From the human T2T-CHM13v2.0 reference genome, Homo sapiens: a stretch of DNA of 64,000 bases. A program made the translations under genes and the position numbers. Location of the stretch: NCBI RefSeq assembly GCF_009914755.1, contig NC_060944.1. One strand, 5' to 3'. This document shows, piece by piece, positions 62,096 through 64,000 of this stretch. The first letter of the stretch is position 1, and the number at the start of each line of letters is the position of its first letter. The notes beneath the pieces are model-generated. The model worked only from the letters and a program-made list of their open reading frames with translations. It searched no databases and was not told the origin of the DNA.

Positions 62096-62467
62096 CAAGA
62101 TTTACCCATGCCCACTGTCTCCACTGCCTCACACCCACCTCCAATGCCCACCTCCTTACCAGAACATCTCTGGCTTAATTCACTAATGGCCTCTATGTGA
62201 CTAAATCCTCTGGACATTAGCAACTGACCCTCCTGCTCCTGGAAATAGTCTCTTCTCTGATCTGACATTGGATGGAAGCTCCATGAGACATCTGCTTCTA
62301 CTGTAAATGGGCTGGCTAGAAACTTCCCAAAAGAAATGCCTGTCGATTCCACTTTCTGCACCCTCGCTGGGAGCTGACTCCCCGTCTCTGTCCTTTCTGA
62401 GAGTCTCAGAGTGCTCTGGGTCACTCTGTCTGCTCTCTGTCCAAAAGTAGGAGAATGTCTTCATCTA

Positions 62468-62655
62468 CAGCAGCAGCATCCAGCAGAACCCTCCACAATG
62501 CCAGAGATATTCTATATCCACACTATCCCACATGGTTGCCACTAGGCACATGCAGCTCACGTGGCCAAGAAACTGAAATTTTTATTTTTACTTAAGCTTA
62601 ATTAACTTAAAAGGCCACGCATGGCCAACAGCTGACATACAGGACAGCACAGATC
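62468..62655. mobile_element. MER3-like hAT element
   Basis: cagcagcatccagcagaac...atggttgccactaggcacatg...ggacagcacag. Confidence 0.6.
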
Positions 62656-64000
62656 TATGTGCACAACACCCCAGAAATGAGCTCATCGCATACCACATGT
62701 TCCTCAGGACTATGGCAAACTTTAACAAGTCTGCAGTTATCCTGGAAGGTGGTAAACATTAGTGGATGGAAAGCATGCCTGCCAGACTCAGATGACTTGA
62801 GTACAAATCCTGCTTCTGATACTGAATGAGTGACTTTAACAAGTCACAACTTCAGTTGTCTTCATTGGTAATAATATGAATATAACCTCAGAATGTCTTC
62901 CTAGGGGTAAGAGTAGTACTTATCTCATTGACTTTCTGGGAGTGTTAAATAAGTAAATGTATATAGAGTGCTTAGGTCAATGCCTAACATATAAATGCTC
63001 AATCAGTGCTGTCTTGTCACGATTTTGATTAAGTCTCCAACCTGGTTTTGCAAAGAAGGGATTATTGTCTTACCATCTTCATTTTGCCAATATTAAAGAA
63101 AAAGGGGCCACACCAAGAACACACAGAAAACGAGGGCTTGAATATGGTCCTGCCCAGCTCGGAAGCAGCTGGCAGGTCAACCAGGGGCCGGATGTCCCAT
63201 TCGAAGCTGCAGTGACTGCCTCCCAGGGCGGCCTTCCCGGTGAGCTGGGCTGTGGGGCAGCTCCCACAGAGCTCACTATCTCCATATCCCCAGAAGTGGC
63301 TGGTGGGCCAGATGTAGCAATGCGGGCACCTGCCATGTTCAGTGCAGTTGTGGCCTGTGGTCTATCCTCAGGGGCCTGAAAAGGACTTGTAGCTCCCCTT
63401 CCCAGATCCTCAGGGCCTGCATAATACCCCTCTTCCACTCTACCCTACAGGGACAGGACACACCTCCCTTTCTACCCAATGTAGCCAACTGTGTGTTTCT
63501 AAATTCAGAGGAGATCCCAGCAAGATGCCACGTGCTTTTGAGATATCCTCATTGTCATTCCTTGCAGAAGGTACCCTACCCCAGGAAGCAGTCATGGGGA
63601 GCTAGCCACCCAAGGAGCCCACATGGGATGGGCAGATCAGAAGGCTGTGATTTGAAAGCCAAAGGCAGAATCCTTGCTCTCCTATCTGGACAGGGTAGGC
63701 AACTGGACTGGAGTGGGATTATCACTGGGCTTGGATCCAGAAGACTGGGACTCAAATCCTTGCTTTGATACTTCCTGTTTGATCTTAGTGAGTTCATATT
63801 ACCTCTCCGAGGCTGTCTCAATGAGTGAAAATAAGCTTGTATGTAGCAATGCATGACTTTTAAAGTATTTTCACAAGTGTGAATTGAATCATTTGTTCAT
63901 TCAGCAAATATTCATTGAACACCCACTGTGTGTTCTGTCCCTGGAGAGACAATGGTAGGCAAAGCAATAAAATCCTTGCCTTCAGAAAGCTCACTTTTTA

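Noticed and set aside
63065-63438. GC-rich stretch with ORFs on both strands
   Set aside because: No similarity to PTPRT domains, no convincing splice pair, and too few CpGs for an island.

Overview
Primate (human-like) genomic DNA lying entirely inside the large receptor tyrosine phosphatase gene PTPRT, which is transcribed on the minus strand. The only real coding sequence is one 294-nt symmetric (phase 1-1) exon at 17709-18002 encoding the first fibronectin type III repeat (exon 7 by my recollection). About 46 kb of upstream intron lies to its right and 17.7 kb of downstream intron to its left. The introns are dense with transposable elements: 13 Alu/FLAM copies or fragments, two L1PA insertions (one 5'-inverted), old L1M/L2/MIR, solo LTRs (MER66-, MLT2A-, MER50-, MER31-, LTR21-, LTR16/33-, MLT1- and MST-like), a complete MST MaLR provirus, nested Tiggers and a probable hAT transposase fossil. 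Nearly all other ORFs in the track are repeat-derived or chance. I found no confidently new gene system. The best unexplained structures are a ~900-bp degenerate 27-28-bp tandem array just downstream of the exon and three local templated rearrangements: a 224-bp inverted copy that post-dates an AluY, a direct copy flanked by an 18-bp repeat, and a micro-inversion in the MST provirus. Inverted repeats bracket an exon that would form a stop-free circle, and some LTRs keep intact promoter or poly(A) modules. Repeat subfamily names come from recalled consensus sequences and need RepeatMasker/Dfam confirmation.
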